From Macrostomum lignano (taxonomy: Eukaryota): DNA of 64,000 nucleotides. The notes under the pieces were generated by a model that saw only the letters and a program-made list of their open reading frames with translations, was not told the origin of the DNA and made no database searches. A program made the translations under genes and the position numbers. The DNA lies in assembly GCA_002269645.1 (NCBI GenBank), contig NIVC01003490.1:31104-95103 (forward strand), given 5' to 3'. Numbering within the stretch: position 1 is the stretch's first letter; every line of letters starts with the position of its first letter. Below, piece by piece: positions 23,001-49,785 of this stretch.

Positions 23001-23644
23001 GTATTTCCTAGAACCGATTCTCCCAACAATTCAAGCCCAGCCGGCAATATTGATATTATGCCTATCTTATGCTTACTCTGCCTTTTTGTCTGCCCTCCGC
23101 TGCATTCCTACCGCGCTCTCCTTGAACTGTGCAAACGTACATCCCTGCCGTAAAGTTTCATTTTTTAGTTCATCTTTTTAAATCAGTTCTTGTGTACTGT
23201 TCAATATTTGTTGTTTTATTTATTCATTGTTACTCCCGATCAGCTCAGTAGGTTTTATTGTATTTAGTCATTTTTTGTTTCTTGAAAAAACTATTGTCAG
23301 TTTTTTAAAGCCAGTCTCTGTTTTGTGAAAATCGTCTGTGTTTCTAATATTTATAACTTTGTACCTTGTGGCGCAGATTGAGAGATGAGCCAAGGTTTTG
23401 CTATGTTTTTTAAGTAAGACTAAGCTTAATTCCACAGGCTGCTGGTCAATGTACTTCTGTGATACGCCACATTCTAAATTGTCTCTATGATTTCTAGATT
23501 TTCTACAGATAAAGATGCTGCAATGTTTGCACGCTTGTCTGAGCGGAGCATCTTCACTTTGTGTCATGCCAGCCATAATTATTCCTTCGGCATTGAGATC
23601 AGTTCAACATCACATTAACATAAGCTCAACAATGCACCGAACTT

Positions 23645-24145
23645 CACCCAACCCACTGCACCCACCCCAATTGACCCAACCCACTGCACCCACCCCAATT
23701 AACCCTACCCACTGCACCCACCCCAACTCAGCCAACCCACTGCACCCACCCCAATTGACCCAACCCACTGCACCCACCCCAACTCAGCCAACCCACTGCA
23801 CCCACCCCAATTGACCCAACCCACTGCACCCACCCCAACTCAGCCAACCCACTGCACCCACCCCAATTGACCCAACCCACTGCACCCACCCCAACTCAGC
23901 CAACCCACTGCACCCACCCCAATTGACCCAACCCACTGCACCCACCCCAATTGACCCAGCCCACTGCACCCACCCCAATTGACCCAACCCACTGCACCCA
24001 CCCCAATTGACCCAACCCACTGCACCCACCCCAATTGACCCAACCCACTCACCCACCCCAATTGACCCAACCCACTGCATCCACCCCAATTCACTCAATC
24101 CACTACACCCACCCTAATTGACCCCACCCACTGCACCCATCCTAA
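23645..24145. repeat. 28-bp tandem repeat (CACCCACCCCAATTGACCCAACCCACTG)
   Basis: About 17 copies, two variants (AATTGA / AACTCAG). Confidence 0.94.
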
Positions 24146-25989
24146 TTCTTTAATAGCCATTCTTCCAGCAGCGTACCGCTCTGGCGGATTTCCTTTCAAC
24201 TTGAAGGCCCTTTCTTGCTGGTGCATTCTGTTCGGTTGTATCCCATGTCTATGCTATAAATCAAAGCAAACAATAAACAGAAGTTCACCATAGACAAAAG
24301 GTATTCAAGCTATCGTGTTCGATGTACTCTTTATCTGTATTTTTTGCTGTCGCTGTTGCCGCACTGCAGCTTTCCCTGTGCCTATTTGTTTGTTTATTTG
24401 TTTTTCCTATCGAACTTCATTTCAGGATTTAAAAACAGATAAATATATATTATTGAGTCTGTGAAAATGACGCGAACACGCGTCGCTTTTTTCTATAATT
24501 TCTCGATTTGAACAATATTAAAAAGTTTCGAATATGCTTCCGTTCCATTGTTAATTACAAATGAATAAAATTATACCAACAGGCAATAAATAATAAATAA
24601 GTAGTTCGAAAGAGTAAATAAAGACGGATTACCCGTGTATTTTTTGCAAAATTTTAATTAATAATTGACACGTGCGCAATTAAAATTGTGAGAAAAACTT
24701 CGATCGCTACTTACTAGAAAGCGTCGATCAACAGTAGTATGTTCATTATATAGCACCAGATATTGCGTGAGTGAAGAAAATAAACAGTATTTTCTTATGT
24801 ATATATAAAAAAGCTTGAGGTGAGCACTGTGCATCCGTGGACAGGCGTTCAGACAGCCTATCTAAGCAAATTAGCTCAACTAAAAAAGGCTGTTTTGTTC
24901 CCGTCAGGTTGGCCGAAATTTCTCTTCTTTTAAAACGCAAAACAAAAGCGATCGCGGTAAAGGCGGCGACAGCAGCAGCAGGCAAAGCGAACAACAGCTC
25001 AGCAGTGACGCATCATGTCATTAGACACAATATATCAAATAGAAAAAACTGCTTTGAGATTATATTGATTGGTTTTAAATTAATTAGCTGCATATAAACT
25101 GGAAAACTTTAAATTTATTTCCAATATATTACTAGTAGCATAGTTGGAATATTAACTTTAAAAAGCATTTGCTAGGTGCCCTTCAAGCGCTTGATCTGAT
25201 TCAAAGCTTAAAAATTCAGCCAAAATTATAGCATTTTAACAAACCCAGATGTAACTTAACAATCTACAAGACACATTAACTGCAATTTCTATTCCTATAG
25301 TAGTACAGACAGAAGATTCGCCCGAAATTTCTAGCAGTCCCAGCAGTGCAGCCAGATTGTTTCTACAAAAAAGCCAATTACGAGTATTATTAAAAGCATC
25401 GTTGCGAGGACGAACTGATATGCTGTTTATTTTGTGCCATAAAATTCAAACCGTACTCAACCATAGATTTGGACAAAAGCGGAAAAACCGCGGAATTCCC
25501 TCGGAAAACGCATGCAATTTCTAGCCGAAGAATAAATGAAACAATAAAAGACAAGCGAAAGAAACAGCAGACCAGTCAGGAGAGAGCATGTAAACAAATA
25601 AAATTGTTTTATCACATAAAATCGAATAGTTGCGTGCAATAATTGAGATTTACAAATAAATAGGGGATTTAATAATAGTGAGTACAGATAAATATTGTAA
25701 GAATGACAACCAATATCTTAATAATACACTGGGTACATCTCAACCACTTCTAACCGCAGAAATACTTAAAGCAGCCATGGTACACTTTAACTAATAATGA
25801 ATCAATGACACCTCCTTTTACACATTGAACAGCTTGTGCGATTATTTTCTAAAGCACAGGTTTCCAGTCAAGGTTGTGTAAACAAAGCCAATCATTAAAA
25901 GCTTGCAACCAATGCATCAAATCCTACGAGTATGAGCTTCTTCAAAATCTTCAAATGGCTGGTTTTTGGAGATTGGTTTGTCTACCACC

Positions 25990-26365
<376 letters not shown>

Positions 26366-26434
26366 CATCTGCAGTCCCAAGCAACCCCCCAGAGCACACG
26401 CGGACACTACTAGGAGACAGCAGCAATCGGGCAG

Positions 26435-27069
26435 TCAGGGCGGAGGCGGGGCCGGCTTGTTGCCGTACCGCAGCCGCTCGAATCCGGCGGGCAGGTCGGG
26501 CAGCCGGGCTCCGCCACCTCCGTGCCCGCCGAAGCCTCCGCCGTTGCCGTCCAATTCGGCATCGTCGGGCATGCGAGCTGGCGGCTTCTCCTCCGGCAGC
26601 ACCAACGGCCCGCCGCCGCCGTCACCGTCAGCCGACACTCTGGAGGAGCCCGACGTCATCGCCGCCGTCCCTGACGCCGGTGGCCAGAGTCGGTTGTCGT
26701 CCAGCTCTTCAGCAAATATCACCGGCACGTGTTTCTTCGTCACAAGGGTGTCGTGCAAATAGGGATCGTAATCCTCGTCGCCGGCCTCTCGACGCCTCTG
26801 GCGCCTGCTGCTGGAGCGCCTGTACAGACAGCAGACAATGACCAGGGCGGCGAATAGAAACAGCACGATAGCCAGCAGGGACAGCACCAGGGCCAGGAAG
26901 AAGTCCGCATTATCGGCTGCGGCCACGACGGCGGTCCCGGGTGCTGCGGACGAGCCGAGCGGGGTGGCGCCGCCACGGGCGATGGCCTCCTCGCTGGCCT
27001 CGGCAGGCATTGGGCAGCGCTGGACCGAGTTAATTGCGGGCGGAGCGGAGCTGTAGCAGAGACCGGCCA
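26435..27069 (-). CDS. Dystroglycan (beta-DG)-like single-pass membrane protein, terminal exon or stand-alone short ORF
   Basis: Hydrophobic helix [27 protein letters not shown] followed by a basic stop-transfer [29 protein letters not shown] and [10 protein letters not shown] match the recalled dystroglycan tail (TFIKKGVPIIFADELDD; PLILQEEKAP). Acceptor CCCAG at 27070; in-frame ATG at 27010 (191 aa). No upstream coding exons found nearby. Confidence 0.75.
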
Positions 27070-27344
27070 CTGGGCAGCGGGTGAATTATTGGGAGACAGG
27101 CTGTGAGAACCTGCAGCATCATCACTATGAAAGTCCGGATCCCCGATTCTTAATCTAAATCCTACATCCCAATCCTAGAACCGAAATCTTGAAAATATCC
27201 CAAAGTAGAGAGTCCCGATTCCATGGTTTTAGTTTCTCACTCCCATAGTCTGGATTAATTACCTTGATCTTTAATCCCACAACCTACATAGATTCTCAAA
27301 CCATAGTCAAGAGCCTCAGTCCTACTAAGCAGATCCCCAGCCCG

Positions 27345-27700
27345 ACAACCCAACCTAGATTCCTAATCCCACAGCCTAGATCCCTAATCCCACAACCTAG
27401 ATTCCTAATCCCACAACCTAGATTCCTAATCCCACAACCTAGATTCCTAGTTTCACAGCCTAGATTCCTAATCTTACAACCTAGATTCCTAGTTTCACAG
27501 CCTAGATCCCTAATCCCACAACCTAGATTCCTAATCCCACAACCTAGATTCCTAGTTTCACAGCCTAGATTCCTAATCTTACAACCTAGATTCCTAATCC
27601 CATAATCTAGATTCCTAATCCCACAGCCTAGATTCCTAATCCCACAACCTAGATTCCTAATCCCACAGCCCAGATTCCTAAACCCACAACCTAGATCCTT
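27345..27700. repeat. 21-bp tandem repeat (CCTAGATTCCTAATCCCACAA)
   Basis: About 16 copies. Confidence 0.92.
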
Positions 27701-28318
27701 ACCAAAAATCCAATTACTACTCTAAAGGTAAAAATACTCACATTACACTACTCTGTGAAAAGACAAGAGCAACATAGCAAATTAATTGGGCATAATGCTG
27801 TCAGATTATACTGCTAATACCAGGTGTTATTTTCCAATAAAAATCGCAGTACACCATAATAAACGGTGAGAGTAGTAGATAACCATAACTACAATAAATG
27901 ATATTTCTGAATTGGCTGGAAACGGTTTTGTTAGGAAACAAAGTACGGAAAAAATGATTAAAACTAAACAAAAATGCTTGCAGAAGGACTGAAAATTGAA
28001 TATTCCAATGGTTTATGCAAAAGTATGATTTGGCAATGCTGTATTATCAATGATATGATAAATGCTGACAATTTTTTGTAGAAACTGAGACCCATGGACT
28101 TTAAATCTTATAAGAAGCACCGCAGGTGTGACTTAATCTTGTGAATTAGAATTTATTCTTAAACAAGCTAGAAACCGCAATACCTGTACCTAATGAATAT
28201 TAAGTATTGACTATGAAAATCAGGGTCAATGACAACACAACTGCAACTGGTACACGTTTAGGCTGGCAAACAGGTCTGGAATTCGTTAAGTAAACGTACA
28301 GTTTTAATCCAAAAATTT

Positions 28319-41737
<13,419 letters not shown>

Positions 41738-41884
41738 CTGCAAAAGAGCAAACCGGTCGGGCTTAAGCACTAAACAGGCCGGGCTAATCCTGAAGGCCTG
41801 AACACCTACGCTTGCTGAGTCTCATTGTGCTAGACAAATTTATTTATCAAAATCTCACCCTAAATATGACAGAACTACTTCAAA

Positions 41885-42455
41885 ATCCCCTCCACCGAAT
41901 ATAGGACTGTCCCGAAATCTCACACCGAATATAGGACTGCCTGAAATCCCACCCCGAATATAGGACTGCCCGAAATCTCACCCAAATATATGACTGCCCG
42001 AAATCTCACCCCAAATATATGACTGCCCGAAATCTCACCCCGAATATATGACTGCCCAGAATCTCACCCCGAATATATGACTGCCCGGAATCTCACCCCG
42101 AATACAAGTCTGCCCGAAATCTCACCCCGAATATAGGACTGCCCAGAATCTCTCCCCGAATATATGACTGCCCGGAATCTCACCCCGAATATAGGACTGC
42201 CTGGAATCTCACCCCGAATATATGACTGCCCGGAATCTCACCCCGAATAAAGGACTGCCCGAAATCTGACCCTGAATATAGGACTGCCCGGAATCTCACC
42301 CCGAATATAGGACTGCCCGGAATCTCACCCCGAATATAGGACTGCCTGGAATCTCACCCCGAATATAGGACTGCCTGGAATCTCACCCCGAATATAGGAC
42401 TGCCCGGAATCTCACCCCGAATATAGGACCGCCCGGAATCTCACCCCGAATATAT
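41885..42455. repeat. 29-bp tandem repeat (CCCCGAATATAGGACTGCCCGGAATCTCA) between SF3B6 and RAD54L
   Basis: About 19 degenerate copies. Confidence 0.93.
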
Positions 42456-43036
42456 TAGAAATGTTCCGAAACGGAACTCAGGTGATTAAGACTGGATTAA
42501 AATCTCATAAATTAAATGGATTAACTTGCCTCTCTCATTATTAATCATCGTCAACTTTTTAATCCAGACTAATGGGTCTGCGCTGTAGTATAGGCACTAG
42601 TGCAAGAAAAACAATACAAACTTTTAAGATAAAAAAGACTAAATTTTTAGTTAGTTAATTTATTACCCGAATCTGAATAACTAGGTTGTTCAGCAGCTTA
42701 TTCTCGTCTATAAATTTATGAGCACTTCATTTCTCCAACCGAATTCTAATCAGTTAAGTGATAATATAAAAGAATCAAATAAAACGTGAAACAAACTGAT
42801 ACTACTTGAAGTAGTTAACCATAGATTGCAAATATTAACAGAATATTTCAATTTACAATTATATTTTAATTTCAACAGCTTTTTTAAAATGTTTGCATAA
42901 AACCAGCTTCGGCGGAAAAATTTTTTGACAGAGCCCACAAATTAACTATCAAAATACAGATTAGGTCGAAAATTACAAGCGCATCAATATACGCAGTAGT
43001 TACAAAAGTAAGTTCGCGCAGACAATTCACTTGGCT

Positions 43037-43408
43037 TCACTGAGCCTTAGGCGTGCCCAAACCGTACTTGGCTTTGATTCTGTCAATCTCTTCTCGCTTG
43101 GTCTCTACGCTGACCTTCTTCTGCACCTTTGTTGGCTGATAATAAAGCACAACCAGGTAGCGATTGCACACATTGAAGCCAGACAGGTGATCGCACGCGT
43201 TCTTAGCGTCGAATATGTCCTCGTAAACAACAAAAGCAGTGCCCCGAGTCTCTGGCGTGTTGCCAACCCGAATCTGCCTGATCGCGCCGTACTTGCCAAA
43301 GATGTCGTACATCTCCTCGGCGCTGATGCTGAATGGCAGATTTTTTACTAGCAGAATGCGGTTCACCTCCGGGGGCAGGCGGACGTTGAGTCGCTTGGAC
43401 AGGGCCAT
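43037..43408 (-). CDS. SF3B6: Splicing factor 3B subunit 6 (p14), 123 aa, intronless CDS
   Basis: [26 protein letters not shown]...[60 protein letters not shown] is nearly identical to recalled human SF3B6. An acceptor-like CCCCTGTTTAAG lies just upstream of the ATG. Confidence 0.97.
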   Translation of the reverse strand: MALSKRLNVRLPPEVNRILLVKNLPFSISAEEMYDIFGKYGAIRQIRVGNTPETRGTAFVVYEDIFDAKNACDHLSGFNVCNRYLVVLYYQPTKVQKKVSVETKREEIDRIKAKYGLGTPKAQ

Positions 43409-46400
43409 GCTGGGCTGCTTGCTTAAACAGGGGCAACAGCGATGAGGATAACAAGCAGCAGGATAGAATTTTGGCATATTATATTATTTTCATTCCTTAC
43501 TAATAACATCGATCTAAAAGACAAACTGGAATATCAATTATTAGCTCATACTATCCATGATTCCATATCTTATATCTATCCATGTCTCATACCTCAAGAC
43601 AATTTCAAGATACCTTTAACTTTGCTTCCACAAGTCATCTTTAGGACATCACATTAAAGACTAGAAATTTACATAAAATATTGTTCCTACTGCCAGTAGA
43701 AATTTGCACATACAAATTTACCCAGGCATCAAATTGAAGAAAAAAGAAAAAGCTGCAACTTTTTTTGACACATTTCCCTTAATTTTGCTGTATTATATTC
43801 TGTGTTCTTTTTTCTTTTTTCAATTCTTTTTTATGATCTTCTACGCATTCTGGTCCTAAGACCTTTCTAAGAATTTTAAAAGCACAAAGCTTTTTATATA
43901 AGCAAAAAGAATCAAACAAAATATAAAAAAATACTAAAATATCTTTCAAAGTCTCATCGGTCCAAAGTCTTTATCATAAGATTGTAATAATTTATAGATT
44001 AATTAATAGACTATAATATTTACTAAATCTATCTCTTTAGCCACCAATGAATTTTATTAGTGTTCAGGCCAACCTAGGCATTGAAACTTCCTAGGTTGAG
44101 CCAATCCCAATTACTTGGCTTGCAAGCAATTAATCAACAGCATATTTCCCATCAAATGATAGACAATAAGACAACTCTAACAGTATTGCATTAATCAAGT
44201 TTCTGTCACTGCTGATTGGATTGGATACCCTGTAATTATGAAGTCCAGCATTTTCTAGTTGCATGAAAATGCAAAGAAAAAGTGCCTAGATTATATAAAA
44301 AAATCTATTTGACATAGACAAAAATCTTGATATAGAATATATACTATCTTGCAAGCAGAAGTGTTATCTAAATAAATTTATTTATATAACTTTCCTAGAA
44401 TCAAATACAAATAAGCTACAGCATAAGAATAGTCACCCTTTCAATAGTAAAGAGAGCAATAGCTTTGACTTTGATAGAGATAATGGGATCAATGATAGTG
44501 ACCACCACCTTTCATCTCTAAGCATACCATTTATTGCTCCTCAATCTGGCAAGCCAATACCCATAATTCCTATTAGAGCCAGATCATGACTATAATCAAA
44601 TTTGATTGAGTCTAAGAAAAAGCAATATTTCTGCAATAACAATATATCATTCTTAATGCCTAGTGCAATCTAAGAGCCATTACTTAGCAGCTTCTAGGTG
44701 TTATAAAACTTGAATTTCTTAGACCAAAAGACAACTAAAATGCTTATTGTAGTAAGTATAGCATCAACAATAGCAAGTCTTCTAGGTTCTAGTTCAACTT
44801 TTAGTCAGCAGTATTCTAGAGTTTCAAGAACTAAACTCATTCTTAAAACTTACTTTTCTACTAGCCTAGGTCTATATTTCATGCATTTTCATTCTTTAAA
44901 CATGCTCAATATTCATTATAGCTATAATGCCATAAAGATCTTTTAAAATTTACCAATTGGTGGCTAAATAGACAGCAATAGACCTAAAATAATTTGGGTT
45001 TTATATGTGATGCCCCAGTCTATACTTTTATGAAAAGTGTGATTGGGCATGGCAAATAGCTACCATATGAATTCTATATACTACTGAGGCTGACTATTTC
45101 AATGATGATATCAAATATAGATATCTATCATTTATATATATAGTAATGCTTATTAATGCTTAAAATCCCACCCTTTGTCACAAAGTTGTTAATGGTGCTA
45201 AATGTTTTGACTATGAAACTTCTACAGATACCAAGTTGTTATAGGTCTTATACTACTTCTGTTTCTATAATCTCACGATTGGCATAAATCTATTCGACAT
45301 ATTTTTGTTCTATATTGCAAAATGCTACCAAGTTAGTATAGGCCTAGCTCTAATTATTCTTGCCTAAGAAATTTTATTGTTAATACTTATTTCTACTTGA
45401 CTTTCTTAGAAAGTCCACAGTAGTGGTTAGTACCTAAGTAGTAAGACACTATGTTCTAATTTGAGTCCTAAAAGTAATGGCATTTCCCAGGGACCAAGGG
45501 TGTCTAGCTGTAGGTTTCTAGTTAGTTCATACTTCCTTTTTACTTTTGTGCCTATTACCTAGGCATAATTCTATTTGAGCTTGTACAGCTTCTTAATATT
45601 TCTATTCCTAGACCTTTATGACCTTGGTAATTCCCTATTCCAAATTCATATTCTGGGCCTTAACAACCTTGGTAACTCCCTATTACCTAAAATAAATAAA
45701 ATTCTAAAGCTTGAATTTTAAAAATCAATTGACTGCCTAACTAGCAGGGTTGGGAATAGTTATAATTTGAGCTTTTCTAGTTAGTTACTTAGTTAATGAC
45801 AGCTAAATAATAAAAAATAACCTCACAACAAATATAATAAATACTTTATAAAACATTTTATCTTTCTAATATCTATTATGTTAATTAGGTCCTAGGCATA
45901 TATCCTTAACTTTGAAAAATCAATTTAATTTAATTGCAAGCATTTGCTGTATAGAGATGCCCTACATAACAGTTTTGTCTGTGGATTGCTCTAGGCAATC
46001 AGTCATCAGCTTGATAGGACTTTTTGCGTTATATTGGATGTTTGTTGTCATGTAGGGCATCTCTGACATTCTGACAAGAATTAAAGCATTTCAATGAAGA
46101 TTTCAAGAAATTGGGCTACTTTTCCATAGACAAACTTCACTCATTTTTTTACTTAAATTTACCATAGGCTTAGTATAGACACTTTTTTTTCTTACCAATA
46201 ATAAAGCAAACTTTTTTCTAATCAGGCTATATTTGCACTGACAAATTTCACTTACTTAGACAAATTTGAAGTCACATTCTCTAAAAATTTACTATGGGCC
46301 TAGCCTACCTCGACACTCATTCTCTTCCCCTTGAATGCTATATAGTTTTGCATATGCTGGCAAACAATTTGAACTCACTTTTGATGAATCCAAAGTTAAA

Positions 46401-47078
46401 AAGGTATATTAACTACAGTATAATACATATTACTATACATTTTCAAATGCAACAATTGGTAAGATCAGACATAGTAGATATTTCAACCATAGGCCTAGAG
46501 TATTTTTATATTTATGAATATTTGCTTGGTTTTTAATAAAGATAAGGCCAACAAAACTATAGATGATAATAAAATGCCTGTGGCTACTGGCTAGGGTCAG
46601 ATAAAATTTTGATTGATAATTTATCATCATGATCTTGGCACTTTTCTTAATCTCAATCTTGGTTTTGAAATCTAAAGAAACAAGTCAAGATTTCTAACTA
46701 TAATCTATGTAACTATTTGTGATTGTGACTATGATTATTATATTTATGTTTGATATTTATCAAGTTATTAACAAGCTCAATATCAGGCCTAAATAATCAC
46801 TGCACATTTCCTTTCATCATCATTGGCATTGTACACATATAACAAATAACATTAATATTTATTATCATTGAATTGAAAGCAGATAGAGTAGGCCCCTGTT
46901 GCAGGCCTGTCGGGGAAGTCGAGGAAATCCCACACATTTAAGCCACAGTTGGGGTCGGACAATTTTCAAGATTGTCAAGACTCGATAGATATCTATTACT
47001 GTCAAGTGGGCCTATTTATTTACAACGTATTCATTTCCCGATTGACATTCAGATTCACATTCAAATTTTAACAAGATT

Positions 47079-47419
47079 AAACATTCGCCGACACTTATTC
47101 AGACACTTCTACAGACACTTTAGTTTCTGTCGTACGAATCGTATGAATTAGGATATTAGGATATTAGGATGAATTAGGATAAATACGAATTAGGAAGTGT
47201 CCTGGACAAATTTAACATTCTTCTTTACGTGAAGAGAATCTATGCAGAATAACAAATTTCATGATTCATATTTAATAAAATAAAGCAAAAAAAGCTTAAA
47301 ATAAAGCAGTTTACTGGTAGTTTGTTAGGAATAAACAAATTTAATGCTTGTTCCTACGATTCGTACGACAGAAACTAGAGTGTCTGTAGAAGTGTTTGAA
47401 TAAGTGTCGGCGAATGTTT
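47079..47419. mobile_element. MITE with 65-bp terminal inverted repeats
   Basis: 47079-47143 versus 47355-47419 are inverted repeats with 2 mismatches; no clear TSD. Confidence 0.8.
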
Positions 47420-47433
47420 CATACGTGAATTAA

Positions 47434-47694
47434 GGGGCCTTTTCATATTACCAATTCCAGAACCAGAATCGGTTCGGAATTCCAAGAAAAACAGCAGTAT
47501 AACTATTAAACTCTGTTAATATTTGACTGCCTTAACAACCTAACTTAGCACAATTTTTCACTTTCTTCTTGGCGATTGTCATTCAATAATAAAAACTTTA
47601 TAGCCCGTATTTCCCTCTAGTTATGGAGACAAAAAGTTATACTTCACAAATTGGTTCTGGTTCTGGAACCAGAGCAAGCAATATGAAAAGGCCC
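47434..47694. mobile_element. Small MITE, PIF/Harbinger-like ends
   Basis: GGGCCTTTTCATATT ... AATATGAAAAGGCCC 15-bp inverted termini, plus internal CCAGAACCAGAA / TTCTGGTTCTGG. Confidence 0.6.
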
Positions 47695-48734
47695 TAGAAG
47701 TATTTGTTTGACAGAATAATATTTAACTACTCTTTTTGAATCGCATTATAGAATAATCGTTTTGCATCGATCAAGGTCATACGGTATCGGTTTTTTATAA
47801 TTTCCTACTTAAAATCTTGTCGTTCTGTTGTTAGTCGTTAGCCGTTCGAAAATACCGTAAAAATTCCAGACGCTCTTTCAAATACCTTACTTATACAGAT
47901 CATTTTTAGAAAGCTCTTGAGGTTTACATTGCAGATAATCAGCGTGATAAATAGTTCAATTTTTACTTTACATCAGCGGCCTGGCTAAACAAAAGAATCG
48001 TTTTGTCAATCATAAAAGACTCGTCATGTAAACCATAAAATGAATTGTCATATGTCAGCTAGCCATAAAAGATTTTCTAAGATGCCAATTAAGGTTAATA
48101 GGAGGGAATTGCTGAGTTGCCAACGCTCATGGGGAAATCGCTGAAATTCTGTGGCTAAATGCTCATGAAGAATCGCTGAGATGTCAACGGCTTTCGGAGG
48201 AGGTTTGGTGCAATGTACGTTGCACATGGCTTTTGATTATGAGATGTCAAGGTTCATTTGGGAAAGGAAGAATTTGTTTCAGAATAACCTACACTTGTGG
48301 GTTTTGAACAATTTTACAGCCACTACTGTTATTAATTAAGGAAAATAATGTTGAAAGCAAAAAAGCATCCTAAGCTCCTATAGCAAATCACCCTTTGAGC
48401 TTTGGCTGAGCATCTGAGCAACCTCTCCAAGAGCCACAGCGTTTTAGGAATCCCCCATGCACGAGACTTTACATTTCAGAAATCCCCTTCGAGACTTTTC
48501 CCAAACAAAAAAATGTGACAACGCAAAACTGCCCTCAAAAAGATACGCACCAGCTCAGCTACTGTGTAATTACAAAGCGTGCATCACACACCGTAATCAA
48601 CAGCCTCTCACACTACGACGCCTGATATTCTGACGTAAGGGGCCTTGAAGGAAGATGCGCCTCAGAAGCCTACATCAGCAGGAGATTGCCGCGCTATGTC
48701 AATGCACAACGATCGAGGGTCAAGTAAGAGCTAA

Positions 48735-49072
48735 CCCGTACAACAATCCGACGTCGCACCGACCTCTGAACCGACGTCGTACGACGTCTATGTAACATTA
48801 CGTGTTTCCTATTGGTCGGACGTCGGGCCGACGTCGAAGTCGTAGTCCGAAAATTTATTTCGCGCTGCTTTAACATTTATTTTCGCGGGATGAACTGGCA
48901 AGCAATACTGTTATGCTTAATTTAATTATTTAAGGCGAATAACGTGAATTAAGGCGAATTTAATTTTTCGACTACGACTTCGACGTCAGCCCGACGTGCG
49001 ACCAATAGGAAACACGTAATGTTACATAGACGTCGTACGACGTCGGTCAGATACGTCGGATTGTTGTACGGG
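48735..49072. mobile_element. MITE with ~110-bp TIRs and TAA direct repeats
   Basis: Termini CCCGTACAACAATCCGACG ... CGTCGGATTGTTGTACGGG, flanked by TAA on both sides; internal CGACGTCG subrepeats. Confidence 0.85.
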
Positions 49073-49279
49073 TAACAAGAGAGTGACCCTAAGTGACCCA
49101 GTCGATGTTCACCTAGTGGGAGGGAACTGAAGTCTCAGTCGTTCTCAAGCGAGTCCACCAACAGTCCGACAGGGTCTGCGGGGCGAGGGCTCAGTGGGCT
49201 GACTTATAGAAGGCTGCGTGCCAACACCGCACTCCACAAACTGAGCAAAGCCTCAAGGAGCGGGAAAACACACGGACGG

Positions 49280-49785
49280 ATGGCTCGCTCACAGACAACA
49301 CACCAGATGGCTCGCTCACAGACAACACACCAGATGGCTCGCTCACAGACAACACACCAGATGGCTCGCTCACAGACAACACACCAGATGGCTCGCTCAC
49401 AGACAACACACCAGATGGCTCGCTCACAGACAACACACCAGATGGCTCGCTCACAGACAACACACCAGATGGCTCGCTCACAGACAACACACCAGATGGC
49501 TCGCTCACAGACAACACACCAGATGGCTCGCTCACAGACAACACACCAGATGGCTCGCTCACAGACAACACACCAGATGGCTCGCTCAACAGACAACACA
49601 CTAGCTGGCTCGCTCACAGACACAACACACTAGCTGGCTTGCTCACCGACACAACACACTAGATGGCTCTCGCTCACAGACACAACACACTAGCTGGCTC
49701 GCTCACCGACACAACACACTAGATGGCTCTCGCTCACCGACACAACACACTAGCTGGCTCGCTCACAGACACAACACAACAGATG
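49280..49785. repeat. 27-bp tandem repeat (ATGGCTCGCTCACAGACAACACACCAG) with a diverged distal part
   Basis: About 11 perfect copies, then variants. Confidence 0.95.

Noticed and set aside
42818-42822. Cis exon supplying the RAD54L ATG
   Set aside because: The donor ATG|GTTAAC is far from consensus and there is no exon or promoter evidence; kept only as an alternative hypothesis.
45470-45520. LINE reverse-transcriptase GVPQG motif (GISQG)
   Set aside because: A single five-residue resemblance with no neighbouring RT motifs in frame.
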